In this document: piece after piece, positions 1 to 49,740 of the stretch | Layout of the letters: every line of letters begins with the position of its first letter | How positions within the stretch are numbered: position 1 is the stretch's first letter | Position numbers and translations under genes: made by a program | Assembly (NCBI RefSeq): GCF_001194135.2 | Contig: NC_068987.1 | Location: forward strand, 105,267,378-105,331,377 | Length of the DNA stretch: 64,000 nucleotides | Reading direction: 5' to 3' | Origin: Octopus bimaculoides | Lineage: Eukaryota | Notes under the pieces: generated by a model | What the model was told of the DNA's origin: nothing | What the model saw: only the letters and a program-made list of their open reading frames with translations | Databases searched by the model: none

Positions 1-165
1 TATGACACAAGGTTCTATCAGTTTGGCAATGCAGGTAGTAAGACTGACTGGACGATAGTTGACACACGATGTGCGGTCACCCTTTTTGAACAGAATGACA
101 CTGGCAATGTTCCACTGCACAGGAGTAGCACCATTGTTATGTCAGAGTTGAAAGAGTAGTGAAAC
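1..165 (-). mobile_element. Decayed CR1/L2/Jockey-group LINE reverse-transcriptase fragment
   Basis: Minus strand reads SLLFQL*HNNGATPVQWNIASVILFKKGDRTSCVNYRPVSLTTCIAKLIE, the KKGD..NYRP.SL motif at the start of the RT domain. Confidence 0.75.
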
Positions 166-1187
166 CTGTCTAAGTAAATTAATAATGATCATTTCGTTAG
201 ATTGTCAAATTGGCTAATAATGCCAAGATGGGAAATATCGTATTAAAAAAAAAAAAGGTGTCCAATGAACTTAAAATTTATGTTGGGTTTTTGTGGGATG
301 TGACCTAGAATATTTGTACAACAGCTAAAACCAACTTTTGTAGACGTAGTCACCCATTTACAGAGAGTATAACAGATACTGTTTGCAACAATGGATATGT
401 AGTACTCTCGCAGTTGTGTTTCTTATGTGTAGTGGCTATGTTTTGACGCAGTTGAACGAAAGAAATTTAGTAACGTTTTTTTCCCTGGATCTGAAGGTCT
501 CTGTTTATCAGAGCAGGAAGTATTTAGCTTAAAGAGTTTTATCATCTGCATAAGTAAGTTAATGACGATCATTTCGTTAGATTGCCAAATTAGCTCACAA
601 TGTCAAGATCGGGTTATATTGTATAAAATATGTCCAATGAACTTAAAATTTCTGAGGTGGTTATTAAAACTAGAAGAGTGGAATGAAACCAAACTGGCCT
701 CAGTCATAGAGCAAGGGAGTTAACTTGTGTTTGCTGAGTTTATGTGGTTGGAGGTGAGTATAATTATGTTATTAATTTCAATGCTGCTATATTTATATTA
801 CTTCGTTTTCCATGCTTATATTTTTGTTTTGAAAATTATTAGTACCTTTTGGAAAATGTAATTAAAATTATATTCTAATTTTATGTATGATTTCTGATAA
901 TCTGAACGACAATTTTACCTAAAGGAATATATTTTGAACTTGGCGCCTTTAAAACCACGTGTATTTTCGAGGAGTTAATTAATTAAATCTTTCGTTTTCT
1001 ATTCATTTTGAGGATTATCTTTGACGAGAGGATTATATTTTCCCTTTGTTTATGCGTAATCAATATGAATTTTTCTCTGTGTAATGTGTGTATTCCTTTG
1101 GATCATCATCGAAAGACGTTTTATTTTGTACGGTCGAAAGTATTACGTATGGTTTGTAAGTCTGTAAGCTTGGTAAACTAAGAACTT

Positions 1188-1410
1188 ATTTGGGACAAGA
1201 AATATAGAGCCAGTTGAGTTAAAAATTACATTTGGGACAAGAAATATAGAGCCAGTTGAGTTAAAAATTACATTTGGGACAGGAAATATAGAGCCAGTTG
1301 AGTTAAAAATTACATNNNNNNNNNNAAAATTACATTTGGGACAGGAAATATAGAGCCAGTTGAGTTAAAAATTACATTTGGGACAAGAAATATAGAGCCA
1401 GTTGAGTTAA
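1188..1410. repeat. 42-bp minisatellite, at least 5 copies, interrupted by a 10-N gap
   Basis: Unit ATTTGGGACA(A/G)GAAATATAGAGCCAGTTGAGTTAAAAATTAC at 1188, 1230, 1272, 1334 and 1376 (last partial). Confidence 0.95.
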
Positions 1411-1714
1411 TTAAAACTGAATAACATTGAAACACTTAAAAATTACATTACGTGGGAAAATCATGTGGAATATGCTTTGGAAAGTAGGATTTCCACATGA
1501 TATATTCGAATACTTAGATTACAAAACAAACTTGTTTTGTTTATCTTATTTCGAATATCTAACACTTACAAAGGCTCACCGAGGTAATAAATATGTAAAC
1601 GTGGAATTGTTGCACAATTACATGCATTCTGAACATAAAGAGTTGTATCATCCGTAAATTGCAGATGCTTTATTTTACGACCGTGAACTCAAAAGAAAAC
1701 GTCTTGGAACTGTT

Positions 1715-1918
1715 TCTGCTCTAGGCACAAGGTCTGAAATCTTGACGAAGCTGTTAGTCGACGTCAACTCCAGTGCTTAATGGTTACTTATTTTTATCGA
1801 CCTCCAAAAGATGAAAAGCTAAGTCGACCTCGGTGGGTTTCGAACTGACATTGTAAAGAATCGGAAGAAACGTCTTTGAGCATTTTGCCGGCGCGCTAAC
1901 GATTCTGCAAGCTTGCCT
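1715..1918 (-). mobile_element. SINE family C copy (tRNA-like head GGCGGTGAGCTGGCAGAATCGTTAGCAC)
   Basis: Matches copies at about 2840-2930, 6019-6208, 14410-14720, 15843-16080, 29555-29645, 30660-31150 and 39960-40140 (minus), and 9805-10030, 31415-31555 and 48623-48860 (plus). Confidence 0.8.
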
Positions 1919-2029
1919 CTTTGAGTGCTGTCTGTAATAATGTCTAAGCTCATTTACTTTATCCAATCTTGTCTTTTACTGCTCATTAGTCTGACCAAAC
2001 CGTATTAATCGGCCCAGTATTTTGGCAGA

Positions 2030-2470
2030 TTATGTGCATCGCGCTAACCAAAGAAATGAATCGGTTTTTAGCTACCGTTTTCTTGAGTCTTGCACATGTC
2101 AAATCATGTTTAAGTGTATATTATGTAATTTGATACAATTTATATTTAATATGCATTCCGTTGTTCGATTCAATATATTGCAGTGATTCCACTAAATTCT
2201 TGCAAAGTTCTTGTACTGGATCTAGAATCTAACCGAGTCAATACTATATTGGATAAATACTATTCTTGTTAAATGCATATTTCGCGCTAAAAAGGGAACA
2301 TTATTAAATATATTGGAAATGTTGTTTGTTTCTTTGTTCAATTTCGCGACGTTCAGGTTTTCATTTTATTGTTATTCTAGTTTTGTTTTTTCTGCAGCCG
2401 TAATATGAAGATTGCGAAGAATTTTCCGAATATTAGTACTTATTTCCTAGCGGCTTCTTTCGAGTTTATT
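2030..2470 (+). promoter_or_regulatory. CpG-enriched candidate PFAS promoter with E2F-type sites
   Basis: Local excess of CpG in an otherwise CpG-poor background. TTTCGCGC at 2280-2287 and TTTCGCGA at 2342-2349. The TSS is not demonstrated. Confidence 0.35.
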
Positions 2471-5400
2471 ACTGTTAAACAGTATTCATTATATTAGACT
2501 GAATGGTTCACGGTTTCTATTTTAGGATACCTTATAGTAATTTGAATAACCGCCAGCATTTATCATGACACACACATAAACCGGAGGTAGTAAATACAAA
2601 TTTGGTGGTGGTAGTGGTGATCATTTCTTTTTAATTTTTAGTATTCCGTGTTTTGTATAGCTAGGATTGCGATTCTGAAAGAAAATTTTTTTCCTGAAAA
2701 TTTCAATTTTATACATTTTGTCCCTAAATTCCGTGTCCGCTTCATTGACTATGTAATTGTGATAGCTATTTCAAAACTCTATCCGAGTATTTTTAACTGG
2801 ACGTCGTCTGTTCACATTGAATGCATTATTGGGATACTAAACCAGCTCAGTACTCGACTGGTACTTAATTTTATCGACCCTGCAACGGTGAAGGCAAATT
2901 TAACCCCAGCGTTATATGAACTCAGAAGAGAATTTATTCTTTCCTCGTACAAAATATTGTGACTTTCTTAGAAGGGGAACAAATCTGTATGGAATGCTCG
3001 AAAGTATATAATTCCACTTTACTCCTTTTATAAAATGTTTTCTGGGATAAATATGTTATATAACAAACAGATACAGATATTTCAAATGCCATACAACATA
3101 AATGCACGACTTATTAAAATTATTTCTGCCTCTTGAGGATATGTCATAATTATCAAATGGCAATAAAGACCAACACCGAATCAAGAATTCTCCAAAGTTG
3201 ACATGCATGACAGAAAAAGACAGGCTTATTGTTTGGATATAAAGGGATCTATATAGGATTCAAAAGATCCATATAAAGAGACAGTCGTGGACACGTGTTT
3301 CTGGCTCATTTCTGCCTTCATTATCAAGACAATTGTCCACCCCAATCTCCAGTAGCCAAAGGCCTTAGATCATAGAAAAAGCAGTAGAACACATTTTTTG
3401 GGCCGAGTTAATTTGCATAATTTAAACAGAAATAAGCTAAGAGAAATAATGGCCAGTAGAATATATTGAACAGCATAGACGTGTATAGGCATATGAACTA
3501 CCATACAAAACATGCATTTGATTAAGCATTTTGTCCAATGCTCTAATGCAGAATAATTTTAGTACCAGACAACGTTTGCAAGTATGCAAAATCCCTTCAG
3601 GGTGTACCAGTGCTAAGAAAAATGACGAATTAAAAATTTTTATACATTAATAGGTATATAAATTTATATTAAATTACTGCTTTGGTTTCAAGGCTCAAAC
3701 CTGATGGTTTTTCACAAGGGTTTTTATTAGCTTCATCGGAGTGGGGGCAGTTTTATGTTTGAATGCAGGTGAAATTTCGTCCATGGACAATAAAACTCTC
3801 CCTTCTTACTTTAAATGATTTCACCAGATTGTTATTTTGAATTGTTTTAACAACATTATTGAGAATGTTTTTGACGAGTGTAAATCATTAGTATCGATTA
3901 AGCAGTAGGCAAGTCATTCGGGAGGATTCAAATGAAGTGATGTGAGATAAGTGGTGGTGGGAGAGATTGATAGAAAAGTGGTATTGAGTAGATCAGGAGA
4001 CTGCAGTATCGGATTAAGGAAGAAGGCGAAAGCTATTAATTTGGAGACGGTTTAGTTCGAAGAGCCTATGACTAAACGAAAATGAATTTTATGCGTAGAC
4101 TTTCGGTATTTGATGTATTTTATATGATATATATAAATTTGTTGACTTTCCCGTCTTTACATCCCTTTAATAATGTAGTGTAAGGGAGATAATTCCATAC
4201 AAGCTTGTAAATTGTGTTAATTTCGGAATATTAGAAAACTTGTAATGCTTTGTATAAACAACAATTTAGCCTTTAGAAGGTTTCAAGAAGAGCTTTTGAT
4301 AAGTTCATTTTTCTTGAATAAAGTAAAATCTATTTCAAGCTTTGCTTTTTATCTGAGAATGTCTTCTGTTTTAGAATTGTTGAATGAAGTTTCACAGACA
4401 GAATTAGTGGAAGTATGTCATGCACTCACACAGACAAGCATGCATGCGTATGTTTGGTGAAGTTTCTAGCCAGGTGTAAGCCTCTGTATCCCGCATTTCT
4501 CTGTTTTCTTTTATAGAAGTCCATGCTTTGTGATCTGATGTCCACTGAGAAAGTTAGTTGATGAATGCCTTGTGAGAGCTGCACAAGACATGTTGAAAGG
4601 TGTAGTCAGCAAGATGAATAAAAAGTGTGGCAGTGAATTCAGCGTGATGTAGAGGCACATCAGCGTTCAGTTCTCAATCCCTTTCTGATCTTTATAGTTT
4701 TTCATGTGAGATCAGACCAGGTGCCTACAGGAATTTCATCATCAGCATGATGATCATCATCCTTTAGCTTCTAATGTCCTATGCTGACATTAGTTGGAAT
4801 TTCTATGTGCTAATGACCTAGTTCTTACAGTAGAATTAGTGAAGAAATTCCAGGCATGGAAACAACCAAGAATCTAGAGGCTTCAAAATAAATTTAGTAA
4901 AGATTAAAGTATCTGTAAGTAGAAGAGGATACAGGATCTAACTACCACTAGAGAGATGGCCATGTTTGATGTCTGAAAAAGGAGTAGATAGATCTGAAGT
5001 TATTTCATCTCACAAAGGAAATAACAAAGGACTGCATTGGTTAACATGATGTGCAGAAGATATCTCTGCCCATCCAGGCATGGCAAACATAAATTAAAAT
5101 TGTGTAAATGTGTGTGCATGCATGCATGTGCGTGTGTGCCTCTGTGTGTGTGTGTGTGTGTGTGTACACACCTACATAAATATATGTTTAGGTATGTCTA
5201 TGCATGTACATATATATACACATGCATATGTGCATATATGTGTAAATGTATGTGTGTGTTTGTGTGTATAAATAACTGTATAGCTACCCTTATGTAGCTT
5301 TGTATCTTCTGACCCCCTCCCCCACTACTCTTACATCAGGCACCTCATCACCCTACTTTTTGATCTTCTCCTCCTTTCTGAACCACTTCTATCTCTGCTG

Positions 5401-5570
5401 CCTGACCTCTTCTCCCTATAGGTATTTCTTATCAGTTGCACTTCCCTCCTTGTTCATCACTCACTTCATGTCATAGCTTTCGTAGAGTCATAATACGATA
5501 TATCCGTTATTGCGTTGCATATTTTTTACCAACCATTAAAGCTATTTTACTTTTCTTATTTCATGAAGTC

Positions 5571-43528
<37,958 letters not shown>

Positions 43529-43641
43529 AAAAAAATTTTTAAATACCATTTTATAAAATTTTTCCTATCTATAAATTTCAGCTCTGAAATTTGGTTAAAA
43601 AATTTTCAACTCTAATTTTTATAATAATTCTTTTGATATGA

Positions 43642-43647
43642 AATAAA
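43642..43647 (+). terminator. Candidate PFAS polyadenylation signal
   Basis: AATAAA 114 nt after the stop codon. Confidence 0.5.
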
Positions 43648-43696
43648 GCAATAATACTTTACTTTGATATATTAATCAGTCTTATTGATTTCCTGT

Positions 43697-44083
43697 GGAG
43701 GCGCAATGGCCCAGTGGTTAGGGCAGCGGACTCGTGGTCATAGGATCGCAGTTTCGATTCCCAGCCCGGGCGTTGTGAGTGTTTATTGAGCGAAAACACT
43801 TAAAGCTCCACGAGGCTCCGGCAGGGAATGGTGGCGAACCCTGCTGTACTCTTCCACCACAACTTTCTCTCACTCTTACTTCCTGTTTCTGTTGTGCCTG
43901 TAATTCAAAGGGTCAGCCTTGTCACACTGTGTCACGCTGAATATCCCCGAGAACTACGTTAAGGGTACACGTGTCTGTGGAGTGCTCAGCCACTTGCACG
44001 TTAATTTCACGAGCAGGCTGTTCCGTTGATCGGATCAACTGGAACCCTCGACGTCATAAGCGACGGAGTGCCAACCACAACAG
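43697..44083 (+). mobile_element. SINE family B, full length
   Basis: A box TGGCCCAGTGG, B box GTTTCGATTCC, CAAC tail. Confidence 0.92.
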
Positions 44084-44149
44084 TTGATTTTCTACTTTTT
44101 TTCTTACGACATTACTTATGGAATGCTGGTATATTTACTACTCCAAACA

Positions 44150-45010
44150 TGGCTGCTCTGTTTGTCATTGTTATTAACTAGTTTCACTCACTGTAACGGA
44201 ACTTGGTTTGGACATAGCAATTTGTTTTTTCAAAAGAGTTTGCTATTAGTTTACTGTTTTATTCATAAGTTGCCGTATAAACAAACTGTGCATGAAACAA
44301 GCATTTCATCAGCGGACAGTGACTCTGATAATGACAACATGTTAACAACATCCACAGAGATCATATCAGATTATTTTTCATACTGTCGTGAAGTCTGTCA
44401 GTGATCAGTGGAGACAAAACTGCACATGGACCAACCCACTGGAGGCCCTGGACTTACAGTTGAAATCAAAATTCGGCAAAACAAAGTACAATTGCGGGGG
44501 ATTTGTGGAAGGACAGTGGGTATTTGAAGGAGTGTGCCATAAAACCCAGCAAACTTCTCTTGTTGCATTGCCAAATAACAAGCGGGATAGGGCCACACTG
44601 GAACCAATTATTCTCCAACACATCAAACTTGGCACAACAATAAGTGACTGCTGGAAAGCATATGACAGTCTTGGAGCTTCTAGCTTCCAGCATCTCACTG
44701 TCAACCACAGCTACAACTTTGTGGATCCTCTCACCGGAGCTCACACGAACAACATCGAGAATCTATAGAGCAGATCAAATGCCAAATGAGTGAGACACAC
44801 ACGCGGCATGCAAACCTCACCAGCCATCATCGTCGTTTAACGTCCGCTTTCCATGCTAGCATGGGTTGGACGATTTGACTGAGGACTGGTGAAACCAGAT
44901 GGCTACACCAGGCTCCAATCTGATTTGGCAGAGAGGCATGCGCACAAGGGGATAGATCTGTTCGAAGCCTTCATGCAGAATACTGGTGAACTTTACAAGC
45001 CACAGAAATG
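44150..45010 (+). pseudogene. Merlin/IS1595(ISXO2)-like DDE transposase relic, interrupted by a SINE D fragment (44826-44934)
   Basis: GTWF...YCREVC, GGPGLTVEI/SKFGK, QWVF, TISDCWKAY and HLTVNHSYNFVDPLTGAHTNNIE motifs with frameshift and stops. Confidence 0.85.
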
Positions 45011-45267
45011 ATAAGAATATTAATTTTATGCTTGTGCAATGCTATTTCACCCTAAAACCTTAACCATAAACCTAAACTCTACTCTAATTACATATTGCAA
45101 TTTGCCTAACCTTAAGGCTTAAATTACCTAACTCTATGAAATTTGCCTAACCTTGGGACATGAATATACATAATACAGAAATGAAGTTTTTTTTAATAGA
45201 AATTCTTAATTTTTATGACTTTCTCATTATTATTATAAGACATGGTAGGAAATTAATTTTCCACCAT

Positions 45268-45657
45268 TACTCTTTTACTTGTTTCAGTCATTTGACTGCG
45301 GCCACACTGGAGCACCACCTTCAGTCGAGCAAATTGACCCCAGGACTTATTCTTTGGAACCCTAGTACTTATTCTATCGGTCTCTTTTGCCGAACCGCTA
45401 AGTTACGGGGACGTAAACACACTACCATCGGTTGTCAAGCGATGTTGGGGGGACAAACACAGACACACAAACATATACACACACACACATATATATATAC
45501 ATATATACGACGGGCTTCTTTCAGTTTCCGTCTACCAAATCCACTCACAAGGCTTTGGTCGGCCCGAGGCACTTGTCTAAGGTGCCACGCAGTGGGAATG
45601 AACTCGGAACCATGTGGCTGGTAAGCAAGCTACTTACCACACAGCCACTCCCCCGCC
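45268..45657 (-). mobile_element. SINE family A, near full length
   Basis: As 11099-11507. Confidence 0.9.
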
Positions 45658-46137
45658 TAATATTTCTAATATTTTTTCCAAAATATTTATGCGGGGAGGG
45701 TACAAAAGGAAGCTTTTCTCCTGATCCACACAATGAATGCTGCAGATACCTGAGTATTAATGAAAATAGATCTTACAAAAGTACTGTTAACAAAGAGTAC
45801 CCAAGGAATATTATACCAAATTAAAAATGACATGGTGGTCGGTGTTTTCTCTTACAGCAATTCAATATCTGCTTTTGCAATGCGAGTACTGATGTCAACA
45901 TCTATGTTACCTTACTGGTGTATGGGGGGAAATCCCGCTCCATAGATACGCAAAATTTTGATAACAGCTGCAAAGTTTTGCAGAAACCGTGATATTTGCA
46001 AACTCTATCTCAGAAGAAAAGAGGAAGGAAACATGTTTAAGATCGTAGACATAAAGTATGGGGTTTCATACAGAAAGTCGAAAGGTGTAAACAAACCACG
46101 AAATATATGTATTATACGGCATACAGACAATGAAAGT

Positions 46138-46512
46138 GAAGGCGCAATGGCCCAGTAGTTAGGGCAGCGGACTCGCGGTCATAGGATCGCGGTTTCGATT
46201 CCCAGACCGGGCGTTGTGAGTGTTTATTGAGCGAAAACACCTAAAGCTCCACGAGGCTCCAGCAGAGGATGGTGGCGAACCCTGCTGTACTCTTTCACCA
46301 CAAGTTTTTCTCACTCTTACTTCCTGTTTCTGTTGTACCTGTAATTCAAATGGTCAGCCTTGTCACACTATGTCACGCTGAATATCCCCGAGAACTACAT
46401 TAAGGGTACACGTGTCTGTGGAGTGCTCAGCCACTTGCAAGTTAATTTCACGAGCAGGCTGTTCCGTTGATCGGATCAACTGGAACTCTCGACGTCGTGC
46501 CAACAACAACAG
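46138..46512 (+). mobile_element. SINE family B
   Basis: As 43697-44083. Confidence 0.9.
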
Positions 46513-47809
46513 ACAATGAATGATGAGGCAGTCCTGATACAGGAGGACCAGCCAAAGTATCTCACAGAACCCAGATTATTCTGTACACTAATGGCCACTC
46601 ATCAATTGTCATACCGAAATCGGAAGACGGGCAGAATTGCGAGTGAATCATACAAAATACCTTTGAGTACCCTTTAGTCGGTACTCTTTACATTCTGATT
46701 TTGAATTCCATGGAAACCAGCTTTGCATTTCATCCTTGCCAGTGATATACTGAGTCAATATATTGGATATCGTCACTAAATTTGAAGCCTTGGGTTTCAG
46801 TAAGAAATGAATTACATACACTTCTTTCTAAATTGGCAATAAGTTAATATATTCGTACAGAACATTTTACCAGCGTTTGAATCTTGGTTGTTGAGGTCTG
46901 TGTCAATAGACAGTAAACTAAACATGGAACATTCAGTTTTAAAAGATATATTCTCGAGAAATATGTTTCAATTTGAAGATGAGGTCGGAAACATTCTGTC
47001 ATCATATTTCTCTCCCCTCTCGCCACATGTTCCTCCTCCTATTTTCTTTTTCTGGGGGATCGTCAAGAGTTAGTCCCCCTGGTTAAGTATTGCACTTTCC
47101 GTGCAATTTCTGTTCATCTACACACTGTCTTATGTGTGATGTTATAATGTATCACTCGCACCTAAATAAGCCTTATCTACCTTCCTACAACAATGTAACA
47201 AACATGGTTATTGACTGGAAATAAATAAATCTCATTTTGAATCAGAAATTAAACGTACGCCACGAGCTTTTCACCAAACTTTTGGTTTTCAACCTGAGAT
47301 TGTACTTAGTTACTTAGTTGAATAATTATGCTTCCCGTCATACTTTATAGAGGTTCATATAAATGTCTAACAAAGATATTTTTTTTACATAAAATAAACT
47401 CAAAGAGCTGGAGGTTGTGGCGAATTTGTTATTATTTGATTGTAAAGAGTAAATCTGGCATATATCACTTTCAGACAGCTTTAAAACATAAGTATTAAAT
47501 ATATTGAAATTATCGTTCCGTATTTTTTACTTTAATGAAATAAAACCACATGAAGATCTTTTTCTTTTCTTGTGGTTATCCAGTTTATGAACATCTCAAA
47601 CATTTCTGTTCGAAATATATAAAATAACAAAATTTTGCTTCCAGTATGGTAAGTTCAAAAGTTGACTAGAAAGAATATCATGCTGAACTTTCAAAATTTA
47701 CACATCGGAAGTGAACATTATATTCCTTTGATTACTACTGTACTTTAAGACTCATCGCACTCTTCTATTCGTCGATACCTTCACAAATGAGTGGCTATCT
47801 TCTATTATA

Positions 47810-48018
47810 CGAGGTGGTGCTGAAAAGTTCTTAACATTAAGGGTGTCGCGACAGGCCTGATTGGAGGTCCAACCTTCCGAGTTTTTTTACAAGACTTAAA
47901 AAAACTGAAGGACTGCTGCAGTAAGTGAGTACATCTGAGAGGAGAATATGTTGAATAAAATCATAATTAATTGATCTTCCTGTATTCTCTTTTACCTAAA
48001 GCCAAGAACTCTTCACCA
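47810..48018 (+). mobile_element. Mariner-derived MITE, degraded right end
   Basis: TA|CGAGGTGGTGCTGAAAAGTTC left TIR; internal LKKLKDCCSK*VHLRGEYVE*; right AAGAACTCTTCACCA. Confidence 0.65.
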
Positions 48019-49353
48019 AATTGTTTTGGTATTATTTTCCTGGCTTTTGTGCTCAGAGTTTAAATTGACAAATCCTTCACAGAGTGACACTATGAAGAAA
48101 CGACGTCATTCATTCACTCCAAATCCTGCTGAGCTAAGTTTTAACTTTCATCCTTTCGACGTCTGTAAAATAAAACACCGATTCAAGGTGCAGGATTGGC
48201 AGAATTGTTAGTGTCAACTTCTTTCGGTTGTCTTGCTTTTCGAGATATTTGGTCGCTTGGGTCCACACTGCCACCTGGTTTTTGAATGATGCCTTGGCGG
48301 AATTTTAGTTTAAGCACACCCTTCATAACTATTTTATTTTTTGGAATTTTCAGAAATTTTTGGGAATTTGAATTTTATACCCGGAAATTCATACAATTTC
48401 ATCCTTCTTTCACTGACTGACAGAAAACAAAAAAATGGAACTTGCCATTGNNNNNNNNNNGTTTAGCTAGTATGAAGCATGTCTCTGGTCCTTGTATTAT
48501 TACAATTGTTTGTAACATGGTGTCAACATTTTCTTCGCTTCCAATTGCGACCTGGTCACTGATAACGTTGAGATGCTGTTTGGAACGACGAAAATTCGAC
48601 ACCATATTAGAAACAATCATAAGGCGGTGAGCTGGCAGAGTGGTTAGCACGCCGGGCGAAATGCTTACCGGTATTTCGTCTGCTGTTGCGTTCTCAGTTC
48701 AAATTACGCCGAGGTCGACTTTGCCTTTCATCCTTTCGGGGTCGATAAATTAAGTACCAGTTAAACACTGGGGTCGATGTAATCGACTTAATCCCTTTGT
48801 CTGTCCTTGTTTGTCCCCGCTATGTTTAGCCCCTTGTGGGCAAAAACAACAAAAAAAAAAGAAACAATCACTTGCGTACGGTGGTCGTTGTACTGGGTGT
48901 GCAGCCACACCCAATGCCACCAAATTTCAAGCAGGGGTATAACAAAAAATTTCCATTAAGATTTGTGATTAAATTAATGAGTAAGATTAATATCTATAAT
49001 GAATTTACCATTTTCGATGTGTGTGCAGTACACATCTAGCACACCTGGAATATACGTCCCTAGAAATAATAAATGTTTAGGTGAAGTTAACAATTTTAGT
49101 GTGTTTCTGAATGGCTAATGTGTGTCATGTGTCTTCCAGGCTGCAATCGATTCACTTTAAAAATTTATTGAAAAATAGAGAAATGAAAATATTCTCTGCT
49201 TCTATTTAATCCTCTCTCTCTCTCCCTCTTATACAGACCCTTTCTCTGCAAGTCCAGAGTTATTTCCCCTCATAGTTCATTGTCATTGTTTACATCGTTT
49301 ATTTGTATTTAATCCCTGTCACATTACAATCCTTTCTTCCGGTGGCAAAGCAA

Positions 49354-49740
49354 TGTAGTTACCGAAAGGAAAGAAATAAACCTCATTCAGAATCATTGAT
49401 TAAACGCATATTACTTATGAACTTTTCCTTCATTGTTATTGACTATAATCAGCCTTTGACTTGTAGTAACGCCTGCGCATGCGTAGAAGCAAGCGTTTCC
49501 CGCTCAATTCATTGTCTTTCTCGCTGGCCAGCGATTGAGCATTTGTTTAAGCTGTCTCTCTCTACATCCTTCCGACTTACACAAGACAGCTCGCTCACAA
49601 CTACAGAACAACGTCTCAACAACTATGCTCATACACACAGAAGCTGTAACAACAACAGACATAAAGATTTGTATGTTTACCACCTAAATAAAGTGTTGTT
49701 TAAGTTGTTTAGTCTGGAGTTCAGGCGTTCCAACACTATA
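49354..49740 (+). mobile_element. Solo-LTR-like segment
   Basis: Starts TGTAGT and ends ACTATA (ACTACA-like), has a CT-rich tract and AATAAA at 49687-92. No target-site duplication found. Confidence 0.35.

Noticed and set aside
2357-2397. GT...AG 41-nt mini-intron in the candidate promoter
   Set aside because: It is very short, and there is no independent support without transcripts.
43697-43775. tRNA-like sequences at SINE heads (families A, B, C, E)
   Set aside because: A and B boxes are present, but I could not see a complete cloverleaf with an acceptor stem, and each continues into a shared SINE body and tail.
45048-45156. Interstitial telomere
   Set aside because: There is no tandem (TTAGGG)n or (TTAGG)n array, only scattered CCTAA motifs.
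48470-48620. Possible mariner helix-turn-helix remnant on the minus strand
   Set aside because: The similarity is too faint to support by eye and the segment borders a gap.
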